Below the pieces are notes generated by a model that was not told where the DNA came from, did no database searches, and was given only the letters and a program-made list of their open reading frames with translations. Shown in pieces: positions 9,627 through 18,746 of a DNA stretch of 57,288 nt (its first letter is position 1; each line of letters begins with the position of its first letter). The stretch covers positions 1 through 57,288 of the forward strand of contig CAYJNT010000001.1 of assembly GCA_964370945.1 (NCBI GenBank). Reading direction: 5' to 3'. This DNA is from an uncultured Hyphomicrobiales bacterium (GTDB taxonomy: Bacteria; Pseudomonadota; Alphaproteobacteria; Rhizobiales; Xanthobacteraceae). Position numbers and translations under genes: made by a program.

Positions 9627-11197
9627 TGGTCTCTACCGTCTAAATTGATCCTGTTGTCGCGCAGCATGAAGCGTTGGATTTTTCCGGTCGCTGTTTTCGG
9701 CAAACTGTCGACGAATTCGATCCAGCGTGGATACTTCCAAGGACCAATGGCGCGTTTCACGTGCACTTTGAGTTCTTCATAGAGCGCGCGGCCATCGCGG
9801 TTACCCGCGCGATCCTTGAGAACAACAAAAGCCTTTGGTTTGGTTAGACCATGGCCGTCCTCGGCCGGCACAACCGCGGCCTCGAGGACTTTCGGATGGC
9901 TAATCAGGGCGTCCTCGACTTCGAACGGCGATACCCAAATCCCGCTGACCTTGAACATATCGTCCGTGCGTCCGCAGTAGGTATAGACTCCGTCCGGACG
10001 CCGCGTGTATCTGTCGCCGGTGCGCGTCCATTCGCCCAGGAAAGTGCGGCGCGATTTCTCGCGCTGATTCCAGTAGCCGGCTGCAGATGATTCACCGCGT
10101 ACCAAAAGCTCCCCCATTTCATTGTCGTTGACGTCCCGCGCATTTTCGTCAACCAAACGGAGCTCGTAGCCGTCGACCGGCACGCCGGATGTCCCGTATT
10201 CGACGGCGTTCGGAAGATTTGTCAGAAAAAGATGCCCCATTTCTGTCGAGCCAACGCCGTTCACAACGTCGAGACCAAATCGTTTCTTCCAAGCCGCGCC
10301 AACATGTGGAGGCAGTGGCTCGCCAGCTGAAAAGCAAAGTCGCAGCCGGTTAGACATGTTTTCGGGCTTGCATTCGGGATCGGAAAGTATTGCGGCGTAG
10401 AGTGTCGGCACCGCAAAAAACATTGTCGGCTGATATCCTCGCAGCATCTCGAATATGGTCTGCGGCGTCGGCCGCTCGGGGTAGAACACCGACGTTGCTC
10501 CGACCCACATTGGACAGAACATGGCATTGCCGAGACCGTAGGAGAAAAATAGCTTCGCAGCAGAAAACACGACGTCGTCTTCGCGATAGCCGACGCGGCA
10601 CTGACCGGCGTTCTGTGCCATGAGTTTTGGACTCGAATGCACATGCATAACGCCCTTTGGCATTCCGGTCGTGCCGGACGAATAGAGCCAGTAAGCGACC
10701 TCATCGGCAGCGGTCCTGGCTGGCGCCGAACCTTCGTTCTCGGCCGCCAAGAGCATGTCTAATCGCGGCACCGAGGTAGGCCCCCCGCCAACGACGACAA
10801 TCTCCTTGAGGTTCGGCAGATCTTTTGCCGCCTCTTGAACAGCAGGAAGCAGCGGGGTCGAAACAAATACTGCCTTGGCGCGCGAATCTTCGAAAAGGTA
10901 GCGGTATTGATCGACTGTCAGCCGTGTATTGATCAGAACGGGGACAATGCCTGCCCGGATGGCCCCCCAAAACAACACGGGAAAGTCGACCGTATCGAGC
11001 AGAACGAGGGCGATCCGATTTTCCGGTTCGATGCCCATTCGCGCCAACATCGGGCCGACACGTGCGGTCGCGTCACGCAACTCCGCATAGGTCAGATTGC
11101 GCGCAGTATCGATAAAAACGGTCTTGTCGCCCCGGCCTTCGGCAACATTTCGATCCACGAAGTCGACCGCAGCATTGTAGTCGCGAAGCGCGATCAT
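9623..11197 (-). CDS. hbaA: 4-hydroxybenzoate-CoA ligase (benzoate-CoA ligase family)
   Basis: [57 protein letters not shown] closely match R. palustris HbaA; divergent from hbaBCD. Confidence 0.88.
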   Translation of the reverse strand: MIALRDYNAAVDFVDRNVAEGRGDKTVFIDTARNLTYAELRDATARVGPMLARMGIEPENRIALVLLDTVDFPVLFWGAIRAGIVPVLINTRLTVDQYRYLFEDSRAKAVFVSTPLLPAVQEAAKDLPNLKEIVVVGGGPTSVPRLDMLLAAENEGSAPARTAADEVAYWLYSSGTTGMPKGVMHVHSSPKLMAQNAGQCRVGYREDDVVFSAAKLFFSYGLGNAMFCPMWVGATSVFYPERPTPQTIFEMLRGYQPTMFFAVPTLYAAILSDPECKPENMSNRLRLCFSAGEPLPPHVGAAWKKRFGLDVVNGVGSTEMGHLFLTNLPNAVEYGTSGVPVDGYELRLVDENARDVNDNEMGELLVRGESSAAGYWNQREKSRRTFLGEWTRTGDRYTRRPDGVYTYCGRTDDMFKVSGIWVSPFEVEDALISHPKVLEAAVVPAEDGHGLTKPKAFVVLKDRAGNRDGRALYEELKVHVKRAIGPWKYPRWIEFVDSLPKTATGKIQRFMLRDNRINLDGRDQ

Positions 11198-11256
11198 CAG
11201 CGTCGCCTACGAGTTTCTTGAGCATCAAAAGCTACCGGCTAATTACGGCTCGATCC

Positions 11257-11270
11257 TTGACTTCGGTCAG
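11257..11270. promoter_or_regulatory. Crp/Fnr-type box in hbaA-hbaB intergenic region
   Basis: TTGAC-TTCG-GTCAG. Confidence 0.45.
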
Positions 11271-11309
11271 GTCGATCGGCCGGCACCGCGCTAATCGTAG
11301 CGAGCAAAC

Positions 11310-11323
11310 TTGATTTTGATCAT
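11310..11323. promoter_or_regulatory. FNR-type box upstream of hbaB
   Basis: TTGAT-TTTG-ATCAT. Confidence 0.55.
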
Positions 11324-11368
11324 GGAACAACGACGTCAAACGGTGCAGCTTTTTAAGCTAGGAGCCCG

Positions 11369-11863
11369 ATGATGCACGCACCTGGCCCGTTGCCGAAAAA
11401 ACGGCTGCTGAAATTGAAACTCAATGGGCGCTGGCGCGAAGACGCCGTGTCCGAACGGGAATTGCTCATCGACTATTTGCGCGATGTCGTGCACCTGACC
11501 GGCACAAAAAACGGCTGCGACGGCGGCGAGTGCGGTGCGTGCACGGTCCTCGTCGACGGCGAGGCAGTACCATCTTGTATCACGCTCGCGGTGCGCTGCG
11601 ACGGCAGAACTGTGGAAACGATTGAAGCCTTGGCAACGCAGGGCCGCCTAAACCGACTGCAACGTGCCTTTCACGAGAAGCTCGGTACGCAATGCGGCTT
11701 CTGCACACCCGGAATGATCATGGCGGCCGAAGCGCTTCTGCGCCGCAATCCGATACCAACCGACAGCGAAATACGGAAGGCCTTATCAGGAAATCTTTGC
11801 CGGTGTACCGGCTATGAAAAGATCATCGAGTCTGTCAAGGCGGCCGCAGGTGCAACGTCATGA
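11369..11863 (+). CDS. hbaB: 4-hydroxybenzoyl-CoA reductase gamma ([2Fe-2S]) subunit (HbaB/HcrC)
   Basis: GTK.GCDGGECGACTV, QCGFCTPG, GNLCRCTGY. Confidence 0.92.
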   Translation: MMHAPGPLPKKRLLKLKLNGRWREDAVSERELLIDYLRDVVHLTGTKNGCDGGECGACTVLVDGEAVPSCITLAVRCDGRTVETIEALATQGRLNRLQRAFHEKLGTQCGFCTPGMIMAAEALLRRNPIPTDSEIRKALSGNLCRCTGYEKIIESVKAAAGATS

Positions 11864-14196
11864 CTGTTGATCCGAGCACGGACGGCAAGCGCGCCCGTCG
11901 CGGCGTTCCTTTAATTGATGGTATCGAAAAAGTCACCGGGCGCGCGCGCTATACGGCGGATCTCGACCACGCCGATGCCCTGGTCGGACGAATTTTGCGC
12001 AGCCCCGTAAGCCATGGCGACATCCTCCGACTGGATGTTTCCAAAGCGCGCGCGCTCGAGGGAGTCATGGCGGTCATTACCGGTGATGACTGTCCCCACA
12101 CTTACGGTGTACTCCCCATCGCTATGAACGAATATCCGCTGGCCCGTGGCCGCGTACGCTATCGCGGCGAACCGGTCGCGGCAGTCGCCGCGATCGACGC
12201 GGAGACGGCCGAGCAGGCCCTCGACCTGATTGAACTGGAGGTGAAGGAACTCCCCGCCTATTATACATCCGACGCTGCGCGTGCACCGGATGCCGTGCTT
12301 CTGCACGACAACAAACCCGGCAACGTCGAACGCGAGGTTCATCATACGTTCGGCGACGTCGCGCAAGGTTTTGCCACGGCCGATTTGGTGCGCGAAGAGC
12401 ACTTCAGTTGCGCAGAGATCAATCACGCGCAGATCGAACCGCACGCAAGTCTTTCCGAGTTCAATCCGCTGACAGGTCGTCTGACAGTGCAGACCGTGTC
12501 ACAGGTCGGCTATTACCTGCATCTCATGCTCGCCCGATGCCTGGACATGGATTCCTCCCGTATCCGCGTGATCAAACCGTTCATCGGCGGCGGCTTCGGG
12601 GCTCGCGTCGAAGCTTTGAATTTCGAGATCGTCACCGCGCTGCTCGCCCGTGCCAGCGCCAGCAAAGTGATGATGCAGCTCAGCCGCGAGGAAACATTCA
12701 TCACCCACCGCGCCCGTCCACAGACTGACATCCGGCTGAAACTCGGAATGAACGGGACCGGACGCATAACCGCTTGCGAATTGCACGTGGTGCAGCGGGG
12801 CGGCGCCTATGCCGGTTACGGCATTATTACTATTCTCTATGCCGGCTCGCTGTTGCACGGCCTCTACGATATTCCTGCGGTAAAGTACGACGGTTACCGG
12901 GTCTACGCCAATCTGCCGCCCTGCGGCGCCATGCGCGGGCACGGTTCGGTCAACACGCGTCACGCGTTCGAGTGTCTCGTTGACCGCATGGCGCGCGAAC
13001 TCGGACTCGATCCATTCGCTGTGCGGCGCGCCAATCTGTTACAGGCGCCCACCCGCACCTTGAACGACCTGATGGTCAACAGCTGTGGACTGGCGGAATG
13101 CCTCGACAAGGTCGAGCGCGCGAGCAGCTGGCGCGAGCGCCTCGGCAAGCTGCCGCCGGGCAAAGGTCTCGGCATGGCCTGCTCGCATTACGTCAGCGGG
13201 GCCGCCAAGCCGATCCATTTCACCGGCGAGCCACACGCGGTTGTAAATCTTAAGCTGGACTTCGATGGCGGGGTAACCGCGCTCACGGGCGCTGCCGATA
13301 TTGGCCAAGGCTCCTCCACGATGGTCGCGATCGTCGTGGCCGAGACGCTGGACATCTCGCTCGACCGCGTCCGTGTCATCGCCGCCGATACGGCTGTCAC
13401 GCCGAAAGATAACGGGGCCTATTCGTCTCGTATCACCTTCATGGTGGGCAACGCGGCAATCGACGCTGCAAAGAGGCTGAAAGCGGTGCTCATTGCCGCG
13501 GCAGCCCGCAAGCTTGAGGCGCGCCCGGAAGATGTCGAATGTGCCGGTGAAATTTTTCGTGTCGGCAACGGCAATCAATCGACATTGCCATTTGCCGATG
13601 TCGTCGCCGCGGCGCTGGTCGAAGAAGGCGCGATCACGGTGAAGGGCTCATTCACCTGCCCGCCCGAATCCCAGGGCGGCAAACACCGGGGCGGTGCCGT
13701 CGGCTCCACCATGGGCTTCAGCTACGCCGCCCAGGTGGTCGAAGTAAGCGTCGACGATGCGACCGGCCTGATAACGGTCGATAAGGTATGGGTGGCGCTC
13801 GATTGCGGCCATGCGATCAATCCGCTCGCGGTGGAAGGACAAATCCAGGGATCGGTTTGGATGGGCATGGGTCAGGCCATGTGCGAGGAAACCCGCTATC
13901 TCGAAGGCCTGCCGGCCCATGCAAGCCTGCTCGAGTACCGCATGCCGACGATCATGGATTCCCCACCGATCGAAACCCATATTGTCGAAAGTCACGACCC
14001 ACATGGACCATTCGGCGCCAAGGAGGCGAGCGAGGGTGCGCTGGCCGGCTTCCCGCCGGCCTTGGTGAACGCCATCGTCAACGCGATCGGTATGGACCTC
14101 AATGAATTGCCGGTGACAGCTGATCGGGTCGTGGATGCACTTATCCAGCGGCGGCGGCAGGCAAAGTTTGCCGGCACCTTGAAGGCAGCGTCATGA
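11860..14196 (+). CDS. hbaC: 4-hydroxybenzoyl-CoA reductase alpha (Mo) subunit (HbaC/HcrA)
   Basis: Xanthine-oxidase family; GGGFGAR.E, GAMRGHG, DNG.YSSR.TFM.GNA, GAKEASEG. Confidence 0.92.
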   Translation: MTVDPSTDGKRARRGVPLIDGIEKVTGRARYTADLDHADALVGRILRSPVSHGDILRLDVSKARALEGVMAVITGDDCPHTYGVLPIAMNEYPLARGRVRYRGEPVAAVAAIDAETAEQALDLIELEVKELPAYYTSDAARAPDAVLLHDNKPGNVEREVHHTFGDVAQGFATADLVREEHFSCAEINHAQIEPHASLSEFNPLTGRLTVQTVSQVGYYLHLMLARCLDMDSSRIRVIKPFIGGGFGARVEALNFEIVTALLARASASKVMMQLSREETFITHRARPQTDIRLKLGMNGTGRITACELHVVQRGGAYAGYGIITILYAGSLLHGLYDIPAVKYDGYRVYANLPPCGAMRGHGSVNTRHAFECLVDRMARELGLDPFAVRRANLLQAPTRTLNDLMVNSCGLAECLDKVERASSWRERLGKLPPGKGLGMACSHYVSGAAKPIHFTGEPHAVVNLKLDFDGGVTALTGAADIGQGSSTMVAIVVAETLDISLDRVRVIAADTAVTPKDNGAYSSRITFMVGNAAIDAAKRLKAVLIAAAARKLEARPEDVECAGEIFRVGNGNQSTLPFADVVAAALVEEGAITVKGSFTCPPESQGGKHRGGAVGSTMGFSYAAQVVEVSVDDATGLITVDKVWVALDCGHAINPLAVEGQIQGSVWMGMGQAMCEETRYLEGLPAHASLLEYRMPTIMDSPPIETHIVESHDPHGPFGAKEASEGALAGFPPALVNAIVNAIGMDLNELPVTADRVVDALIQRRRQAKFAGTLKAAS

Positions 14197-15176
14197 CCGC
14201 ATCGTTGTCCAAGTTTCGTCTCGCCCAGCCCAGGACCGTCAAAGAGGCGATCGCCGCGCGGCGTGATCATCCGGGCGGCCGCTTTATCGCGGGCGGAACC
14301 GACCTGCTGGTGAACATGCGGCGTGGCATCAGCAACCCGGACTTACTGGTCGATCTTTCCGGGATCGACGAACTGGCTCAGATCGAAACCAACGGACACG
14401 GCGTGACAATCGGCGCGGGCGTCACCATCGCTGCTCTTGCCCGCAGCGAAGTGATCGCCCCCCAATATCGCGCGCTCGCGCAAGCCGCCGAGTCAATCGC
14501 CGGGCCCGGGCACCGCATCATGGGGACTATCGGCGGCAATTTGTGCCTCGATACCCGCTGCATTTACTACAATCAAAGCGAATGGTGGCGGCACGCAAAT
14601 GCTTATTGCCTCAAAAGTCGCGGGGATACGTGCCATGTTGCTCCCCAAGGACAGCGCTGTCACGCCGCCTTCACCGGCGATCTGGCGCCTGCCCTGCTCG
14701 CTCTTGGCGCCAAAATTGACATTTCCGGCTCACAAGGCAATCGCCAAATTCCTCTGAGCGAACTCTATATTGAGGACGGCAAGGCACATCTGGCTCTGGC
14801 CGCTGATGAGCTCATCGTTGCAGTACATCTGCCGTCAGACCCGCCCCCGTCAGCCTATGCAAAAATCCGCGCGCGGGCGGCGATCGACTTCCCACTGGCG
14901 GGTGTGGCCGTCGCGCTCGCGACATCCGCCGCGAACGTGAGTTCACTTCGCGTGGCGCTGACAGGCACAAATTCCCGGCCGTTCCTGCTTGCCGGCACGG
15001 AAGTCCTTGCCGGGCGACCGGTCGACCAGACGCTGCTACAGGAGGTCGATCGACTCGTTCAGAAGCAGGTCCAGCCGATGCGCACCACGATTGTGTCGGC
15101 CAATTACCGCCGCGTCGCCGCCGCCGCACTGGCGCGGCGTCTTATCATGAGCCTCTGCGCTGATAGCGCGACTTGA
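14193..15176 (+). CDS. hbaD: 4-hydroxybenzoyl-CoA reductase beta (FAD/[4Fe-4S]) subunit (HbaD/HcrB)
   Basis: AGGTDL, GGNLCLDTRC.YYNQSEWWR....YCLK..GD.CHV insertion carrying [4Fe-4S]. Confidence 0.92.
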   Translation: MTASLSKFRLAQPRTVKEAIAARRDHPGGRFIAGGTDLLVNMRRGISNPDLLVDLSGIDELAQIETNGHGVTIGAGVTIAALARSEVIAPQYRALAQAAESIAGPGHRIMGTIGGNLCLDTRCIYYNQSEWWRHANAYCLKSRGDTCHVAPQGQRCHAAFTGDLAPALLALGAKIDISGSQGNRQIPLSELYIEDGKAHLALAADELIVAVHLPSDPPPSAYAKIRARAAIDFPLAGVAVALATSAANVSSLRVALTGTNSRPFLLAGTEVLAGRPVDQTLLQEVDRLVQKQVQPMRTTIVSANYRRVAAAALARRLIMSLCADSAT

Positions 15177-15191
15177 GCAAGTCGCGCTATC
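15162..15191. terminator. Hairpin between convergent hbaD and ridA, probably a bidirectional terminator
   Basis: GATAGCGCGACTTG-AG-CAAGTCGCGCTATC, perfect 14-bp inverted repeat covering both stop codons; no clear U-tract. Confidence 0.5.
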
Positions 15192-15591
15192 GTGCGGGAA
15201 TGACTGCCGTTGCCTCCAGTTCGATCTTCGCCGGGGTATCAAGTAGATCGGCAACAAAAATCATGCTCATCGCGGGATAATGATTTCCCATCAGCGATTT
15301 CCATATGCGCCCGAGTTCGCGCCGACCTGCTAGGTACGCGGGCTTGTCGATACAGAATGCGGTCAGCCTGCAAATGTGGCTCGGATTGCCTCCTGCCTCC
15401 GCGAGGATCACGAGAATATTTTTGATCGCCTGTTCAAATTGCGGAACGAGATCACTGCTTTGAAAGTGCTTATTGGCATTCCAGCCGACCTGGCCTGCAA
15501 TGAACACAATTCGGCCCGCCTCCACGCTGATACCGTTTGCATAGCCGACCGCCGGCGACCAATCGCGTGGATGGAGAATCTGAATTGGCAC
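15187..15591 (-). CDS. RidA/YjgF family enamine deaminase (AbmE-like)
   Basis: GY.NG, F.AGQ.GW, HYPAM, KIELEATAV; GTG 15591 with GGAGG RBS. Confidence 0.88.
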   Translation of the reverse strand: MPIQILHPRDWSPAVGYANGISVEAGRIVFIAGQVGWNANKHFQSSDLVPQFEQAIKNILVILAEAGGNPSHICRLTAFCIDKPAYLAGRRELGRIWKSLMGNHYPAMSMIFVADLLDTPAKIELEATAVIPAR

Positions 15592-15650
15592 CGCAAAACC
15601 TCCATTGTGAGTGCAGCCGCTGCTCCCACGCCAAGATCGCAATCCTTGCG

Positions 15651-16376
15651 TCAATGCATCGGCCGCAACGTACCCCGCACCGCGCTGCGTTCGTCGGCCG
15701 CGATCTGACGCAGCTTGGCGATATCTTTGACCACGACCTGTGACGCGTCGATAACCACCCCGACCGTTTTCAATCTCGCAAAAGCACGAGACAGCGACTC
15801 AGGCGTCAGCCCGAGCCGGGCCGCTATCAATACCTTGTCATAAGGCAGAGCAATTGCGCACGCGCCCTGCTTGGCTGCCGACAGCGACGCAATAAATTCG
15901 GCGACCCGCTGCACCCCGCTTTGCGCCTTGAGTTGCTCAACCTGCTGAACAAGGTGATGTAGATGCTGAGAGGTAGATGCGATCATCGCCAATGCGATGT
16001 CCGGACTTTCCCGGATGCAACGAACGACGTGATCCGCGGGCACGCGCCCGACGCGAGCGTCAGTGACCGCTTCAGCGGTCGCCGGATATCGATTTCCGGT
16101 GAACGCGACCGCCTCGGCAAAGCTTTCACCTTTTGTCAGAATATGGATCACGGTTTCGTCTCCGGATGGCGTAATTCGATAAAGCTTTACCCATCCGTCG
16201 ATCACGATGAAAAAGGCCGTGGCCGGATCACCTTGCCGAAACAGCCAATCGTGCGGTCGCAATATGACGGCTGTCGCGGGCGCAATGATATGCTCAACCG
16301 TTTCCGATCTCAGTCCGCGAAATATCGCGACGCGAGTAATGATTTGAAGATCGCCGGCCGTCAGCTTTGAAGGCAT
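15651..16376 (-). CDS. hbaR: Crp/Fnr family regulator, HbaR-like (copy 1)
   Basis: cNMP-type beta-roll; HTH LGLTPESLSRAF; no FNR Cys motif; next to hbaABCD. Confidence 0.8.
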   Translation of the reverse strand: MPSKLTAGDLQIITRVAIFRGLRSETVEHIIAPATAVILRPHDWLFRQGDPATAFFIVIDGWVKLYRITPSGDETVIHILTKGESFAEAVAFTGNRYPATAEAVTDARVGRVPADHVVRCIRESPDIALAMIASTSQHLHHLVQQVEQLKAQSGVQRVAEFIASLSAAKQGACAIALPYDKVLIAARLGLTPESLSRAFARLKTVGVVIDASQVVVKDIAKLRQIAADERSAVRGTLRPMH

Positions 16377-16772
16377 GGACAAAGCCTCAATTTTACAATT
16401 CCATCGCGGTTACAACTGACGTTCATGCCACCCATTGCCAGCACGACCACGCCACGATCACTGTCATTGCGTCAACGCCATCGGCCGCAACGTACCCCGC
16501 ACCGCGCTGCGCTCGTCGGCCGCGATCTGACGCAGCCTGGCGATATCTTTGACCACGACCTGCGACGCGTCGATAACCACCCCGACCGTTTTCAATCTCG
16601 CAAAAGCACGAGACAGCGACTCAGGCGTCAGCCCGAGCCGGGCCGCTATCAATACCTTGTCATAAGGCAGAGCAATTGCGCACGCGCCCTGCTTGGCTGC
16701 CGACAGCGACGCAATAAATTCGGCGACCCGCTGCACCCCGCTTTGCGCCTTGAGTTGCTCAACCTGCTGAAC
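15657..16772. repeat. 294-bp near-identical direct repeat (15657-15950 and 16479-16772) in the two regulator genes
   Basis: Manual alignment found 3 mismatches in 294 nt; covers the C-terminal DNA-binding half of both genes. Confidence 0.85.
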
Positions 16773-17198
16773 GAGATGATGCATGTGCGTCGAGGCCGAC
16801 GCGATCATCGCCAATGCGATATCGGGGCTGCCGAGAATGCAGCGAACAAGATGATCGGCAGGAATGCGTCCGACGCGCGCTTGGCTCACCGCTTCGGCGG
16901 TCGCAATATACCGATTGCCGGTGAATGCGACTGCCTCGGCAAAGCTGTCACCCGTTGTCATCATCTCGATGACAGTTTCGTCCCCGGACGGTGTGTTGCG
17001 ATAAAGCTTCACCCATCCGCCGATCACGATGAAAAATGCCGTGGCCGGATCGCCTTGTCGCACGATCCATTCATGCGGCCGCAACATGACGGCGGTCGCG
17101 GGCGCGATGATGTGCTCAATGGTCTCTGCCTTGAGTCCACGAAAAACCGCAACCCTGCTGATGATTTGCAGATCGCCGGCCGTCAATCGTGAGGACAT
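16464..17198 (-). CDS. hbaR: Crp/Fnr family regulator, HbaR-like (copy 2)
   Basis: Tandem paralog of 15651-16376 with identical HTH. Confidence 0.8.
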   Translation of the reverse strand: MSSRLTAGDLQIISRVAVFRGLKAETIEHIIAPATAVMLRPHEWIVRQGDPATAFFIVIGGWVKLYRNTPSGDETVIEMMTTGDSFAEAVAFTGNRYIATAEAVSQARVGRIPADHLVRCILGSPDIALAMIASASTHMHHLVQQVEQLKAQSGVQRVAEFIASLSAAKQGACAIALPYDKVLIAARLGLTPESLSRAFARLKTVGVVIDASQVVVKDIARLRQIAADERSAVRGTLRPMALTQ

Positions 17199-17255
17199 TG
17201 GAAAAGCCCCAAGCTAAACCTGCTTTTAGTCATGGAACGGATCGGCATGGCCGCC

Positions 17256-17269
17256 TTGATCTTTGTCAA
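17256..17269. promoter_or_regulatory. FNR/AadR-type box upstream of hbaR
   Basis: TTGAT-CTTT-GTCAA, ~60 nt before the start; hbaR is AadR-dependent in R. palustris. Confidence 0.7.
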
Positions 17270-17340
17270 AAGCACGCTGCGCGATTATGCTGCGGCGCAA
17301 TAGAATGCGTCTTCGAAAACAATCGCGAATCGTTCGCAAG

Positions 17341-17808
17341 TCAGAGAGGCGGCTGATTCCGCTGACGCAACGCTGAGGCTTTCGTTTGCCGACCGCGACC
17401 GTTCCCACGGCGCTCCACCAGCTTGCGCATGGTTGCAATGGTGATCGAACCGAGTGTAGCGCGCGCGATATCGTCGATTTCGTTGAGAACTTCGCGCAAC
17501 GTTTTCCCCTCGAGCGTTGCATCGACAGCTTCGGAATCCTGTTCAACGGAACTCAGATCTTCAAACAGTTGCGCAATGTCCAGAAGGGTGATCCGCCTTG
17601 CGTTGCCGGCGAATTGATACCCGCCTCCTGCGCCGCGAACCGAGCGGACAAGGCCGGCACGGCCCATCACATGCATGACCTTCGCCAGATGATGACTGGA
17701 GAAGCCATACTTCTCGCCGATTTCGGAGACGGAAAGCTGACGGCCTTCGCTCGCGGTCAGTTCCAGAACCGCGAAGATCGCGAGCCTGGTCGAGATCTGC
17801 AGCCTCAT
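17341..17808 (-). CDS. badM: Rrf2 family transcriptional regulator, BadM-like
   Basis: MRL..STR.A, HL.KV...L.RAGLV.SVRG.GGGY; no Cys triad; in bcr cluster beside a GNAT. Confidence 0.8.
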   Translation of the reverse strand: MRLQISTRLAIFAVLELTASEGRQLSVSEIGEKYGFSSHHLAKVMHVMGRAGLVRSVRGAGGGYQFAGNARRITLLDIAQLFEDLSSVEQDSEAVDATLEGKTLREVLNEIDDIARATLGSITIATMRKLVERRGNGRGRQTKASALRQRNQPPL

Positions 17809-17861
17809 GACATCGCCTTCCGCATGTTACTCCATTCAGAATTCTGATTGCCGCACGGCGC

Positions 17862-18401
17862 TCAATCGAGGTCTTTCTCAAGCTGAATGTAGGGGCCTGC
17901 CATCATTCCTTCGCCACGAAAAAACAGCAGCGGAAGACGGCCGTCTCTTGCAACCATCGTTCGCATCTTGCTGACACCCGCTTTCTTGAACTCAACAGAA
18001 ATCGCGTCGAGCATCGCACTGCCAATACCATGCAAGCGCATCTTCGGTTCAACCGATAACGCAAATACCCAGCCGCAAGGTGCGGACCCGAATTCCCAGG
18101 CGCGAATCTCCCCGATGATGAAGCCTAGTACGCGCGACTCCACTCGGCGCGTGCGGTTCTCGGCAACCAGGAAAAACCGTTCGTGACGTCGTTGTTTGCC
18201 GTACCGATGGAAAATATCGTTCCAGTATGTCGCCTTGGCGAGCCTCGTCACGCGGGTATCAAGCGCGATCACGTGAGGGATATCGGCGGCTTGCACGCGC
18301 CGGACCCGCACGGCGGCGTCAGTCTTCGTTACATCCGCATTGGTATCGATCGCCAATGTGTTCACCGCTATTGCATTGCTGCTCAATAATCCATAGCGCA
18401 T
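17862..18401 (-). CDS. GNAT N-acetyltransferase (BadL-like); start uncertain
   Basis: GF..G..R.WEFG, V.P..R..GIG acetyl-CoA motif; directly upstream of the Rrf2 gene. Confidence 0.8.
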   Translation of the reverse strand: MRYGLLSSNAIAVNTLAIDTNADVTKTDAAVRVRRVQAADIPHVIALDTRVTRLAKATYWNDIFHRYGKQRRHERFFLVAENRTRRVESRVLGFIIGEIRAWEFGSAPCGWVFALSVEPKMRLHGIGSAMLDAISVEFKKAGVSKMRTMVARDGRLPLLFFRGEGMMAGPYIQLEKDLD

Positions 18402-18458
18402 AATTGCGCATTGTGGTACCGATTTATACAAACGGGTCAATCAAAGGGGGTCATCGTC

Positions 18459-18746
18459 ATGACTTGCAGCCGACCGCCGGAGAAATCCCGGACATGGCGA
18501 ACGACTGACGCGATCCATATCGACGTGCGCGGCCTGGAACCTCCGGGACCAATGGTTGCGATTCTACAGACCATCGACGGTGGTGAGGTCGATACCGCCC
18601 TCATCGCTCACCTCGATCGCGAGCCTATCTTCCTCTATCCGGAACTCGACGACCGGGGATGGGGTCACGAGATCATCCCGTCTTCGTGCGGAAGCACGGA
18701 CTGCGAGGACGGGGTCACGCTTCGCATGGTGCGCTGGGGTTCATGA
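18459..18746 (+). CDS. DUF2249 domain protein
   Basis: IDVRGLEPP.PM..IL, H.DREP..LYP.L..RG; ATG 18459 after GGGGG. Confidence 0.8.
   Translation: MTCSRPPEKSRTWRTTDAIHIDVRGLEPPGPMVAILQTIDGGEVDTALIAHLDREPIFLYPELDDRGWGHEIIPSSCGSTDCEDGVTLRMVRWGS

Noticed and set aside
15651-17198. O2-sensing FNR/AadR identity for the Crp/Fnr pair
   Set aside because: No N-terminal Cys cluster for [4Fe-4S]; better explained as HbaR/Dnr-type
18395-18408. Palindrome GCGCA-TAAT-TGCGC between the GNAT and DUF2249 genes as a BadM operator
   Set aside because: Only 5-bp GC arms and no convincing second copy at the had promoter
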